Below are positions 26,431-39,227 of a stretch of 64,000 bases of DNA, piece after piece (position 1 is the stretch's first letter; each line of letters begins with the position of its first letter). The notes beneath the pieces are model-generated. The model saw only the letters and a program-made list of their open reading frames with translations, was not told the DNA's origin and did no database searches. Source of the stretch: Octopus bimaculoides (Eukaryota); contig NC_068981.1 of NCBI RefSeq assembly GCF_001194135.2, positions 54,897,113 through 54,961,112 of the forward strand. Direction: 5' to 3'. Made by a program: the position numbers and the translations under genes.

Positions 26431-27366
26431 GATAAAAGCTAAAACGATAAGTTACTCGATTGTAATTATTCCCTAGCATATAATGTTAACCGCTGTCAAC
26501 AATACGTCGGTAGATCTGTCAAACAAGAAGACCAAAAAAGAAGGAAAAGACAACTAAGAAGAACAGGAAACAAAAGAAAGAAAACATGTATACGTGTATA
26601 CATACATATGTAATTCACTACAGGTATATTGCACTCGACATTTCTAAAACACTCTAAAGATTCTCCGAGTTCCGTGGAATGAACATATGCACACGTTCAC
26701 ATGCGTACATATACACGCTCACACACACATACGCACACAATCAACATACTTCTTGTGTTAAGAGATATGTACATCCATTGTATGAGTGTAATTATATTCA
26801 CACATACACCAATATATATGCACAAACTAACTCCCTCAGATTTTCATAAATCACTCTCTCTCCTTGACACACACATAAAAGGCTTTGCCACTGTGTCAAT
26901 GATCTCAGTACTTATTTTTAAAGTTTGGTGCTTATCTTATCGAGCCCTGTCTGTCGGAGCGCTAAGTTATAGTACAACAGAAAAAACATAAAACATCAGA
27001 GTCCGTTATTCAAGTGGTGTTGGCATACAGAAATAGAGACGGATACGTAAGCACAAACGAACATACGGTGAGCTTCTGCATAGTTTCTTTCAACAAATTT
27101 CACCCTCAAAGCGTTTGGAAGCAGTCCGAGACTACATTATCACGCAAGGGACCATATCCGGAACCACATCATTGCGATGCAATACGTCCATGCCTTCGCA
27201 TATATATATATATATANNNNNNNNNNTGTATGTATGTATGTATGTATGTATGTATATATATATATGTATGTATGCATATATATATATGATTAATTTGATT
27301 AGAATATATATAAAAACGAGGACAACACAAAAGTACTCAACCTCACAAGAGTCTATTTAGTAATAG

Positions 27367-27515
27367 AATTCATATTTTCTGGCCTGTATCTGCTACCATT
27401 GGTTTCATGTACACATGTGTACGATCTTCAGGCGAATGACTAATTCCCTTATGCCTGAAGATCGTACACATGTGTGCGTGAAACCAATGGTAACAGATAT
27501 ATGTCGGAAAAAATG

Positions 27516-27519
<4 letters not shown>
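27367..27519. repeat. Palindrome (about 67-bp arms, 19-nt loop) with a hammerhead-like core on each strand
   Basis: CCATTGGTTTCATGTACACATGTGTACGATCTTCAGGC versus GCCTGAAGATCGTACACATGTGTGCGTGAAACCAATGG. Confidence 0.85.
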
Positions 27520-27554
<35 letters not shown>

Positions 27555-28805
27555 TGTGTGTGTGTGTGCGTGTAATCAAATAATAAATATCAACATACTC
27601 TACACTGCTGAGTACGGTTTCTTTCGTTCCTACTGATAAAGAAGGAAATGCTCTCTCTCTCCACAGAATTGCTTGACATATATTTGTTGTTTACTACGTA
27701 CAAATCCTATCTGCCTAATACTGCAGTATTTTTTGCAATTTTAAAATGCAGTAGTAAATATTCTTGATATGCTGCCATAAAAAATCATGAAATTGTTATC
27801 TTTACAAGTCTGCTATCTGCAAAACAATAGGATTCTATATACAACGACACAGTTTTCCATCTAGCACAACGTTATAATTTAATAGCTTTCCCTTTCAAGA
27901 CCACAAGTAACACAGGAAACCATAAGTGTTCACTTTTTCTTTCTTTTTCCTTCTTTTTTAAGCTAGACTGGTGGTGGTGTAAATTTTAATTCTGTTCCTT
28001 CGCAGTGTTTGAAAATGTCTCTTGCGAAAGAAATTTTTAAATGAATAAAAACAAAAACGGTCTGAAGATAAACATTAAACTTTCTTTAGTGGAGTTTCCT
28101 ACTTCCTTTTTTGCAGACATTTATTTATTTATTCACCACCCACATCACATCGTCTTCTTCTTCTTCTTCTTCTTCTTTCTCAGTCTTCATACAGCCTGTT
28201 CTAATGAATCGTTGCTGCTATTTTCTGGTTTATACATGTCATCGAATCCAAAGAACCATTCATCCCAAGGAACAATTTCTCAGTTGAAAACGCTGATAGC
28301 CTCTGTTCTGGGCATATGCTCCCTCCTCATTGCGGTTCCTTAAAAATTACTCGGTGGTAGTTTTTTCCCCTCTTTCTACAAATGCCCTTTTAAGCGATAC
28401 ATGAAGTTGATTCAGAGGGGAAAGGTCCTCTCAGCCTCGTCCATCGTATTACATCATTCAGGATAATCACTAGACGTCGGAGAGCTGTCTGAATAATTAC
28501 CTGTCCTTACTTTTCAGATAAACAAGGCATTAGGCTGATAATCACGCCCCTCTACTCTCTCACACGCGCGTACACACACACACACACACACACACACANN
28601 NNNNNNNNNNNNNNNNNNNNNNNNNNNNNNNNNNNNNNNNNNNNNNNNNNNNNNNNNNNNNNNNNNNNNNNNNNNNNNNNNNNNNNNNNNNNNNNNNNNN
28701 NNNNNNNNNNNNNNNNNNNNNNNNNNNNNNNNNNNNNNNNNNNNNNNNNNNNNNNNNNNNNNNNNNNNNNNNNNNNNNNNNNNNNNNNNNNNNNNNNNNN
28801 NNNNN

Positions 28806-28852
<47 letters not shown>

Positions 28853-30569
28853 ATATATACACATTCATACATTCATACAACTTACTAGTTGCAATACACA
28901 CATATATACACAAGCATGCACAACTTATAATATCTCCAACAGAAAAGAACGATAAAAACGGAGGGCGAATCTTTATAGTTCTTTTCTGTTGAAAATCCTT
29001 GACTGTGTTAACTTCATTAACGCTCGCTTCATTCTTAATGATACTATTTCGCTTTTTTCTGTCTTAAAGACATTTTCCTTTTCTTTCCCGTCCTCCTTTC
29101 TTCACAATAGACAGCCCCCTAAGACATCGGTTTCTCTTCCTTTCCTCCACAGCACAATGCATTGACTGTGTATTCCTGTTTGTTTCTTCCCCAACCCTTC
29201 TGATTTTCTTCGTGTGTCGCTCTGGATACATACACCAACTAACACATATACCAGTAGAGCTCATAGTGCAGACCTAATATTTGCTGCATCAGGATATTTA
29301 AGTCATTCACAAAACTTTATGTAATAAACCATCGCATCACTGCTCCGGAGTAAGAAGGGAATTCAACCTTCTTGGTTTATTCTGAACTAACAAAAAGGCT
29401 TTTTTAAATTTTTTATTCATAGGTCAATAACCCCACCTCCCCAAAGCTAGCCTAGAAAATAAGCTTAACATAAAAATTCTATAAGTTATCTACTAATAAT
29501 TGTTCAATACTTTAATTGTCAGCCAGGTTAAATGTTACTTAACCCAGTATGAGAGCGACAGTATGTTAGTTCGTACAATGGTGTCAACAATACGAGTTCG
29601 TAGCTAAGACCTAAATAAGTTATGAGAATCAGCTCGAATCACTATCATTACAGCATTATATTCCAGTATTATTAACTGTAGTTTTGAACTGTGTAACGGG
29701 CTCGACCTGCTTTAACCACAATGTTCTCGATATAAATACGAACTGGATCTAATAGCTATTTACATTTTATAGTACCAGAAATAACTTTACAATTCATAAC
29801 CAGTACAGATTCGAACCTTTTATCAAATCCTGCGTTCTACTACAGAGCCACCGATCAACTGTTACACTTTCCATTTTTACGTTTCCTTTTGGTAACTTGA
29901 TGTAATTCTTTTAGTATATAATCTGCAAAAGGAAGCTGTAAATATGTTTAGCTTGTTATGTTTCCGCGTGTTAAGTCACATTGAATGTACTATTTCATAC
30001 AACAGACACTTTAGTTGAAAGTTTTAGGGGGGAAATGTAGCCAGCTATTATACCGATACTGTTGTCTACACGGTAATGTTTCTTACATATAATCTTTCAC
30101 TTTTATTCCATGCATATATTTTATTACATTTTAAATAAAGATGATAGTGCTCCGTCTTGAAATATCTGCTACTTTTTGGTGTGAGTTTCCCGCAGAAATA
30201 TTGTATAGGGGCCAATAAATGTATTCAGTTCCTAAAAGTACCTCTTCTCTCCGATGATAGCCACAGAGCCATCTGTTATTTCAAATGTTAGAGAAATATT
30301 CTTTTCAAAAATAGTATGAATCATCGTCGTTGTCGTCATCATCTGAACCGATAATAGAAAATTACTATCATTCATTCATGACTTCCTAATTCTTTCAACA
30401 GTCCAAATACACGCAACGCCATTATTTTTCTCCCTTTCTCAGTTCCCAACTCGCTCATATTCCTTCTCCTCCTCCTCCTCTCTCTCTTATATATATATAT
30501 ATATATNNNNNNNNNNNNNNNNNNNNNNNNNNNNNNNNNNNNNNNNNNNNNNNNNNNNNNNNNNNNNNN

Positions 30570-30606
<37 letters not shown>

Positions 30607-31039
30607 GCAGCAGAAATATAACAAAAGTTGTTACTCAGAGTTTCACATTCCCGTTCGCCGGATAGTTTTGTTAAAATAGAACAGGAAAAACGATATGATC
30701 AAAACTAGTTAAAGGATACACCTTTAAAAATGGATTTGTTTCTTGGTCCTTTCAATTAACGGTCTTAAGCATGCAAAGAGCAAAATAAACAAATGAATGA
30801 ATTCAATATAAATTCATCTTATTATAAAAATCGAGGAAAACCTTAAATCGAAGAGCGGATTCAAAATTCATATTGCAAATAATTATATACAAAATATAAT
30901 TCGATTATACATTAAAAATTAAAATTAAAACTAAAATTTCCACGTTGTATTACAACAGAATAATGTCCCTTAATTTTGGAGAGAAAAATGTGCCTGATTA
31001 TATTCCTCTTTCACAGTTGTTAAGCAATATTTCGAAGAT

Positions 31040-31480
31040 AATAAAGTAAACAAAAGCAAGACAATAAAGAAATGTCGATATATATTTAAAAGACGGCAAA
31101 CGAGATTGATCTACAGAAAGCTACGCTTAGCACGAGAGCATATTAATAATTACATATCTAGCCACCATAAATATAAAAACTATAAAAAAGAAAATGCTTG
31201 GAAAAAGTAAAAAGAGGATACGACTACAAACTGCTTAGCGGCAAACAAGAGTTAAAAGATATCAAAGAGAAACTCTAACATCAAAATAAAGTAATTAAAA
31301 GAGAAATAATTAAGAAATGCGCTCAGCATTCTACAAAGATATGAGGAAAGAGAATAACCAATAAAAATTATAGGGAGTTTCTCAGAAATAAATGAATTTC
31401 TTTTGGAAAAATCCGGAGTGAGAATAAGAAGTTTAACCTGGATGCAGTGCGACTAAGAGAAATCCTAAGTAAATATTATT
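31040..31480 (+). mobile_element. R4/Dong-like LINE fragment (pre-RT region), decayed
   Basis: FYKDMRKE...SENKKFNLDAVRLREIL across frameshifts, similar to the 39.5-39.7 kb segment. Confidence 0.5.
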
Positions 31481-31938
31481 CTTGCATTAGGACAAACACA
31501 CAATATCAATGATGATACCTCTAAATCGTGATAAGAAAAATTCACGATAGGAAAGCACTAGGAAGATATTTGATTTTCGGTTACATATAGAAGTGATGAA
31601 GTGCATCTGTAGATTCAGTCCGAATACACGAGATAAATAACATTTAGAGATTCGGAAGGGAGCTTCTTGCGAAGCGAAGTATTTCTTGACTGGTAATCAG
31701 AGATATACACCCAGGAAAGCCGAACAGTTTTAACATAAGAAAACATTAGGTGAAAAACTTTCTGCGGATTAGCAAAAGATCGTGCTGAGCTATGTCTGTT
31801 TACACAGTAGAAAATATTTATGCATACATATAGACATACAATACATAGAGATGGCTCCATATCAATGCTGCCTAAATTCTAATGAAAAACTTTTGTTTCT
31901 TGGTTGGAATCTTGGTTTCCTCAATTGGGGAAAAGATT

Positions 31939-32030
<92 letters not shown>

Positions 32031-32420
32031 GTATGTATGTATATCTATGTATGTATGTATGTATGTATTCACATATATATATTTATATTAGAGAGAGAGA
32101 GGGGGGGAAAGAGAGAGAGCCATAGTAGCCGTAAATAGTAACATCGAATGAATTTTGAAGTTATCTTTTCTTGTCAGACTGAACTTACGGCTGCAGGCCT
32201 TCTTTCTCTATAATTGTTTTATATCTGCAACAGACTAAAGACATTCTCGCAACATCCCTCCCATAAGTCCTTTTATCAGCATCCATCAGATGTCGAAGCA
32301 TTATTAAATTTACTAATAATTGTCAATTTTCTTTGAAAGTAGACTTTTATCTCTAATTTCAAGATTTTATGTGTATCATATGAACACAAATAACACATAC
32401 ACAAACACACACATACAGAG

Positions 32421-32473
<53 letters not shown>

Positions 32474-32649
32474 TCTGAAGGCTGTGAAAGGACACATGAC
32501 GGCGTTAGACGCCGAGAATAATGTTGTATTTTAAATAAAGTGGTTCGTTAGAGACGGTTATGCATTTCAGTTAACACTAGCTCTTCAAACGTGTTTTGTG
32601 TGTGTACAATGTGTGCGTGTGTAGTTATATATATATATATATATATATA

Positions 32650-33372
32650 CGAGGTGGTATCAAAATGTTCTCGGACTAGTTCTGTAGCGCACCGACAAAT
32701 GGAAGCATACGGTTGCGTGTGCAGTGAGAGCTAGCAGTGAACTTCATGAAGCAGTGTGCCGAGTGCTATCGCTGTGTTTACTTCGCAAGTTGTGAAATTT
32801 GTGCTTTTGTGATCACGTGTATGCTGTAGTCTGCGATTTTGCCATGGATAAAGAACCAACGTGAAATTTTGCGTTAAACTTAAGAAGTCTGCTACAGAGA
32901 CATTGAGCATGCTTTAGCAAGCTTTCGGTGACGAGGCAATAGGTCTTACGCAATGTTTCGAGTGGCACGGACGCTTCAAAAGCGAAAGAACGTCCCTGGA
33001 AGACGATGAGCAATCTTGAAGATCTTCCAGGAGCTTCAACCCCGGAAATGTGGTTTTGTGCATCAAGAATTCGTCCCCCAGGGCCATACCATCAATTAAG
33101 GGTTCTACTGTGATGTTTTGAAGCGTTTGAGGAGGACGCTCGGTGAAAGCAACCGGACCTATGGAGCGCGAAGAACAGGATTCTTTTCGAAGACAATTCA
33201 CCCTGTCACCAAGCTCCCCTCACTCGTGAGTTTCTCGCCAAAAATAACATGGTATCGCTTCCGCACCTGCCCTATTCGCTAGATTTAGCACCAGCAGACT
33301 TCTACTTCTTCCCCAAGATAAAAATGCAGCTCAAAGGTCACCGTTTTAACACCGTTGTGGAGATCCAGAGTG
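32650..33372 (+). mobile_element. Internally deleted mariner
   Basis: TA|CGAGGTGGTATCAAAATGTTCTCGGACT end; KSATETLSML and HLPYSLDLAPADFYFFPKIK motifs; central WVPH region missing. Confidence 0.88.
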
Positions 33373-33489
33373 ACATTTTCAGCAAAGCACAAAATAAGGT
33401 TGATTTGTATGGTTTATCAAAATAAATGCTAAATTCATTATAGAAAAGTGTTTGCCAACTGTCTTTTTCCAGTCACTGTATATCTGTGA

Positions 33490-33710
33490 TTTTTTAAAAA
33501 CGTTTCTAGACCATCACAATCTCATTACCAAGAATTGAATTTGTATATTTAGCGTTTGTTTTGTTTCTTATATATTGTTTGAATTCATATAGATTTTCTC
33601 ACCAAATGTTTTGTTTTCAACCGTTGTATCAGCAGTCACGTATTGGTTTTGGCATCGTATTGCGATATAAGCAAGATATACATTCATACATGCGCTTGCA
33701 AGTACACAGG

Positions 33711-33769
<59 letters not shown>

Positions 33770-33830
33770 CTGTAAAAGAGAGCAGTTCTTCTTTCCCTCC
33801 CGGAAAATGTTATAAGCTTATAACATTTCG
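33490..33830 (+). repeat. Dispersed element with internal (CA)n and terminal palindrome, copy 1
   Basis: Reverse-complement homolog of 36610-37262; perfect 24-bp palindrome AAATGTTATAAGCTTATAACATTT at 33805-33828. Confidence 0.8.
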
Positions 33831-34148
33831 AAAGGGATCTTTTAAAAATATTGTAGTGGACTACTTTGAGATATATTTTCGCTATTTCCGCCAGATCGAA
33901 CGACTGTGTTGAGTCTTCCTTTTTAGTTCTTATCATTTCTAATTGTATTTGTACTAGATTTAGTCTTTAAATCTACAACCTAAACCATACCAATTCAACC
34001 ACTGTTTAATTTTATTTCTCACACTCAGAACAATACGCTCTATTCTAAGCTCGATCATTTATGATTATCAGTACTCACTAACATATATAATCCTCTTGAT
34101 TTCAGACACAGAAATAGTAAGAGTAATGTCCAGGCAACCTCCAAATGT

Positions 34149-34556
34149 ATTCTTTTCTACTCTAGGCACACAGCCCGAAATTTTGGGGGAGGGGGCCAGT
34201 CGATTAGATCGACCCAGTACGCAACTGGTACTTAATTTATCGATCTCTGAAAGGATGAAAGGCAAAGTCGATCTCGGCGGAATTTGAACCCAGAGCGTAA
34301 TGACGAAGTAACACTAAGCATTTCACCAAGCGTATTAACGTTTCTGATAGCTCGCCGCCTTAAAAATATTCTTTTCTACTCTAGGCACAAGGCCCGAAAT
34401 TTTTGGGAAAGGGGGCCAGTAGATTCGATCGACCCCGGTACTCAACTGGTACTTAATTTATCGATCCCGAAAGGATGAAAGGCAAAGTCGACCTCGGCGG
34501 AATTTGAACTCAGAACCTAACGCCAGACGAAATACTGCTAAGCATTTCGCCCGACA
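34149..34556 (-). mobile_element. Tandem pair of SINE family B
   Basis: Two units (34149-34361 and 34367-34556), each starting TATTCTTTTCTACTCTAGGCACA on the plus strand. Confidence 0.9.
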
Positions 34557-35329
34557 TCAAATGTTTTAATAGTATAAAGTGAAATATCACCAATTAAAAT
34601 CCGAAACCGGGAATCGAACTTAGTTCGCCAGGAGCTAATCTGTTTTCCAATAATGCACACTTTCCTTTTCTGAATCATACATTTCCCAAAGATGGAAATG
34701 TTTTGTTGCTCTGTTATATGTATATTTTCTTCTCACACAGATATTTTTTTTTTTTTTTCAGAATAAATGTTGTGCTTGATTTGGAGCTTTTTGTCTGTGA
34801 AGCAAAGGATAAGTCGACTTTTTTTTTCATTATTAAAGTTGTTTACCAGCAACAGTAAAAGAAACTAACAAAATAACAGATTTAGGTCGGTTAACGAGTC
34901 GAATGAAATCCAATGCTACAGCACGGATAGACAAAATAACCCAATGACACAAGTCCTGATTTAATATTTTGTCACTTAAAACGATAATCTTCCACTTACT
35001 GGCCGTCTTACGAACAAACCAGATGTTAATCATTTCTCATCTTATGTCACAAGATCTCAGGAAAGTTTCTCTTCTTCCAGTTCCAGTTGCGTTTAACTTA
35101 CATTTTCACTTCTTTTACTTTGTCGCTAATGTTTACAAATGATTGACCGACTTAAACAAACTATTCAAGCAGACACAAAGTAGGAGATTCCAGCTTCAAA
35201 AGCACAAAACTCTTAACGGATTTTGTAAACAACACCATCTATATGCAATTATAAACATACACCTACTTGAGCGTAACGAAATATTTCGAATTGCTCATAC
35301 ACATCTATTCCCGTACAAGCACACACACA

Positions 35330-35372
<43 letters not shown>

Positions 35373-35377
35373 ATAAG

Positions 35378-35536
35378 CGCAGACATGGCTGTGTGGTAAG
35401 AATCTTGCTTCTCAATCACATGATTCCGGGTTCAGTCCCATTGCTTGGCACCTTAGGGAAGTGTCATCTACTATAGCCTTGGGCCGACCAAAGCCTAGTG
35501 AGTGGATCTGGTAGACAGAAACTGAAAGAAGCTCGT

Positions 35537-35604
<68 letters not shown>

Positions 35605-35638
35605 CACACACACCTATCCATGCACATGCACGCCCATG

Positions 35639-35680
<42 letters not shown>
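35378..35680 (+). mobile_element. SINE family A head with compound (CA)/(TA) microsatellite
   Basis: GCGCAGACATGGCTGTGTGGTAAG...GAAACTGAAAGAAGCTCGTCG then microsatellite. Confidence 0.85.
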
Positions 35681-35681
<1 letters not shown>

Positions 35682-36609
35682 GTGGTGGTTGTCTACTCCT
35701 TATGCAGAGTTTGACCACCTCCTATACCTACAACTTAGAACCATCATGGCATCTGATGTGGTTTTTAAACCAGACAATGTTCTGAAAAGGCACCCACATA
35801 CATTGCATATCCGATTTGGACCACCAAGTGCTGCAGATAAGTTTTGATCTTTGTGGAATGTCTTTTGAGGCTTCCGTTAGATTTGCAAACCTTCTGGCAT
35901 ACATTGCATTCAAATGTGTGCATAGACATATAGGCAGAATAGTTTTGTACTGTTAAACGCTTTTAGGCGGCAGTATTTTCTCTAGAGACAGTGCCTTTAA
36001 AATACAATTTACTTCAAGACAAGGCGAAACGAATCGCCCCGTAGGTAAACGAGAACGACAGATATTGATTTTTAGTAGTTATTTCAGCTCATCAGTTAAT
36101 TTCACGAGCAGGCTCATCGCGCGCTCGAGACGAACTCGAATCGCTTAGCCTCAAATATGTACAGATAGTGGAAAATCTATCTACTCATGTGCATCAGCGT
36201 CACACAAGTAAAACAAAATTCAAAATTTGTCTTAGAAGCAGTTCTCTAATGTAAAGATTATCAATGTTACATACTCAATGTATCTATGTTGTTAAACGTT
36301 TGTAGACTGCAGGTCTTTGTCAAAGAAACGGTTCTTTTAAAGACGTAGAGTATTTAAAAAATACAGTATACTTCAAATCCAAGCGAAACAAATCACTCCG
36401 GAGTTGTCGCGGTGTATATTATTAGTTATGGCACACAACTGGTCAGAATGCCACCGACTGCTTCGTACCGACTAGCCGACAGCTGCACTAGGCAATATTG
36501 ATTGCTCTTCGTACATGGTGGTCCGGAAGCGCGTAGATATTTATGCAGTTTTATGCTGGAGATATTTATAGTCTTACTTGGCTCGGTGTTGATAAAAAAG
36601 AAGCGGAAC

Positions 36610-37262
36610 GAAAACGTTCTTAAGCTTATAACATTTTCTGGGAGGAAAAGAAGAGCTGCTCCTTTTTACAGACGTGTGTGTGTGCTTGCGCTCGCATGTA
36701 TGTATATCATGCTTATATCAGTGGAGGCGCAATGGCCCAGTGGTTAGGGCAGCGGACTCGCAGTCGGGCGTTGTGAGTGCTTATTGAGCGAAAACACCTA
36801 AAGTTCCACGAGATTCTGGCAGGGGATGGTGGCGAACCTTGCTGTACTCTTACACCACAACTTTCCCTCTCACTCTTTCTTCCTGTTTCTGTTGTACCTG
36901 TATTTCAAAGGGCCAGCCTTGTGACACTCTGTGTCACGCTGAATCTCCCCGAGAAGTACATTAAGGGTACAGGTGTCTGTGGAGTGCTCAGCCTCTTCCA
37001 CGTTAATTTCACGAGCAGGAGTTCCGTTGATCGGATCAACTGGAACCCTCGTCGTCGTAACCGACAGAATGCCAACCACCATGCTTATATCGTAACACGA
37101 TGCCAAAATAAATACGTGGCTGCTGACGCATGATGCAGCGGTTGAAAAACACATTTGATGAAAAAGTCTATATGAATTCAAACTGTATCCAAGAAACATA
37201 TCAAACGCTAAGTATACAAATTCAATTTTTGATAACGAGATTGTGAATGCCCAGAAACGTTG
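36610..37262 (-). repeat. Copy 2 of the 33490-33830 element, interrupted by a SINE
   Basis: Homology resumes on both sides of 36720-37079. Confidence 0.8.
36720..37079 (+). mobile_element. tRNA-derived SINE, family C, with 12-bp TSD
   Basis: Head GGAGGCGCAATGGCCCAGTGGTTAGG; TSD CATGCTTATATC at 36708-36719 and 37080-37091. Confidence 0.9.
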
Positions 37263-37317
37263 GATATGAATTTAGGAACTCTACTGTTCCAAACAAATTG
37301 TGAAAATATAGAATTTA

Positions 37318-37521
37318 CTCTAGGAACAAGGCCCGAAACTTTGGGGGACGGGACCAGTCGATTAGATCTATTCCAGTACGCAACTGGTACTTAATTTATC
37401 GACCCCGAAAAGAAGGAAAGCAAAGTCGACCTCGGCGTAATTTGAACTTAGAACATAAAGACAGACGAAATGCCGGTAAGCATTTCGCTCGTCGGGCTAA
37501 CGTTTCTGCCAGCTCGTCGAC
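37318..37521 (-). mobile_element. SINE family B
   Basis: Near-complete match to the 34367-34556 copy. Confidence 0.9.
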
Positions 37522-37576
37522 TTACGAATAGTATAGAATATAAAAGACAAAACTTGAAGATAGTCGTATATTTAAT

Positions 37577-37629
<53 letters not shown>

Positions 37630-37915
37630 GCACGCACGCACGCACACACACATGTATGCACACGTTTATTTATATATGTGTATATTTGTTTCAATGTCTG
37701 TATAACGTGACCAGTTAATATGGTAAACGCTAATAGCTCTGTTTCCTATAATATACAATATTCAGATATGTAGGCATTTCCTATATCTTTTGAGTTTTCT
37801 GCTAAATTTGTTACATTTACATTACATCCTCCATGTAACTACCAAATGTCTAGCAATTTGCATACGATTATGTATACATGGCTGTATACATGTGTGTTTG
37901 TGCACTTGCGTAGGA

Positions 37916-37955
<40 letters not shown>

Positions 37956-38119
37956 TATATATATGTATATGAATGCGCAAGTGTATCTCACTCTCAACAC
38001 AAATATACAAATATATATATGCCCGCACACACATATATCTTTGTCGACGTCGGTTGTTTTTCAAGCCCAAGAATTTCAATTTCTTCCTGCTGAAGGAAAT
38101 ATCACCAGAATGGAATGCC

Positions 38120-38320
38120 AATGGTGTGGATTTGTTTACGGTGGATCTCAAGTTGCCTGATAGTACCCCTCACATTGTAGTTTCAGGACAATCCTCAGCG
38201 GCTCGTGTAAAATGAGACAAGCATTATCCGGTGATAAAATTGAACGGACCGCTTCTGACTCGGTTGCAGTGTTGAATACACCTTCTTAACCAGTCCCTCT
38301 GGTGTTGCACTACGCCACCA
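38120..38320 (-). mobile_element. Probable tRNA-derived SINE of another family
   Basis: Minus head GGTGGCGTAGTG...GGTTAAG and GTCCGTTCAATT B-box-like motif; single copy here. Confidence 0.4.
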
Positions 38321-39039
38321 TTTCAAATGTTATTCTAGTCAATCAATGGCGCTGTCTACATTTGCTTGCTTCGCTGTTGGTTGCGTTCTATTTGGTTTCT
38401 CTTTCTCGGCTTACCACCATGTGTAGCCGTAAATGAGTACAAAACTCTCGACGGTATTGATCTCGGTATCATAGATCCATTACAAAACCTCAGATTGATA
38501 AGAGAGAGGACAACATCCTCAAACTGGAGATCTGACTCGAATGAGTGCAACCGAATGCAACCAAGGACCAGATGATGACGATAAACTGGGTAATGAATTT
38601 AGTAATCCAGCCAAGTTGACTATGACAGAATCGGGATTTCAACCCAGAATGTCAAAAGCTGGATCAAATAGTGCAAGGCTTTAATGTTTTCACCATTCTA
38701 CCCTCCTAGAATGGGACTTCATTTATCACATAAAAACATGAAAATCAATGTTGACCTAAGAACAGAAAAAATCGCAATTAACACCGCAAGGGTTTTTGCC
38801 TCCGCTCAGTGGCCTACACAATCTTTAAAAATTGAAGTTTCTCTGTCTTGCTCTCATAAACGAAAGTGTATATTAACCAGTGATTAACTATACCTTAAGT
38901 ATAAGTGTTAGTTGTCACTATAAATGAAGAGTTAATATTTTCCTTCCACACTTAATGTTTATATATGCATATTTATACATAGATATTTATATACACGACC
39001 ATATATGTTTTTTTTTTTTTAATAACATTCTCCCTTTCT

Positions 39040-39195
39040 CTAATTGATGAAATCGACCTCAGTGCTCAACAGGTATATATTTTATCACCTCCAAAAGGAT
39101 GAAAGGTAAAATCGACCTCAGCGTCATTTGAATCGAAAGAAATACTCTTGAGCGTTTTGTCTGACATGCTAACGATTCTGCCAGCTCACTGCCTT
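39040..39195 (-). mobile_element. SINE family B fragment
   Basis: GGATGAAAGGTAAAATCGACCTC...CTAACGATTCTGCCAGCTCACTGCC. Confidence 0.8.
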
Positions 39196-39227
39196 ACAAT
39201 AACAACGACAACAACAATAATAATAAT

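Noticed and set aside
28041-28500. 100-aa plus ORF and coding-like minus frames (EIVPWDEWFFGFDDMY)
   Set aside because: Frames broken by stops, no consistent splice pair; more likely a decayed retroelement, unassignable
36070-36100. Minus-strand CTGATGA-GCT-GAAA
   Set aside because: No stem II, no stem I or III pairing
38170-38205. Minus-strand CTGAGGA...GAAA
   Set aside because: The intervening TTGTCCT forms no stem II; it lies in a SINE-like sequence
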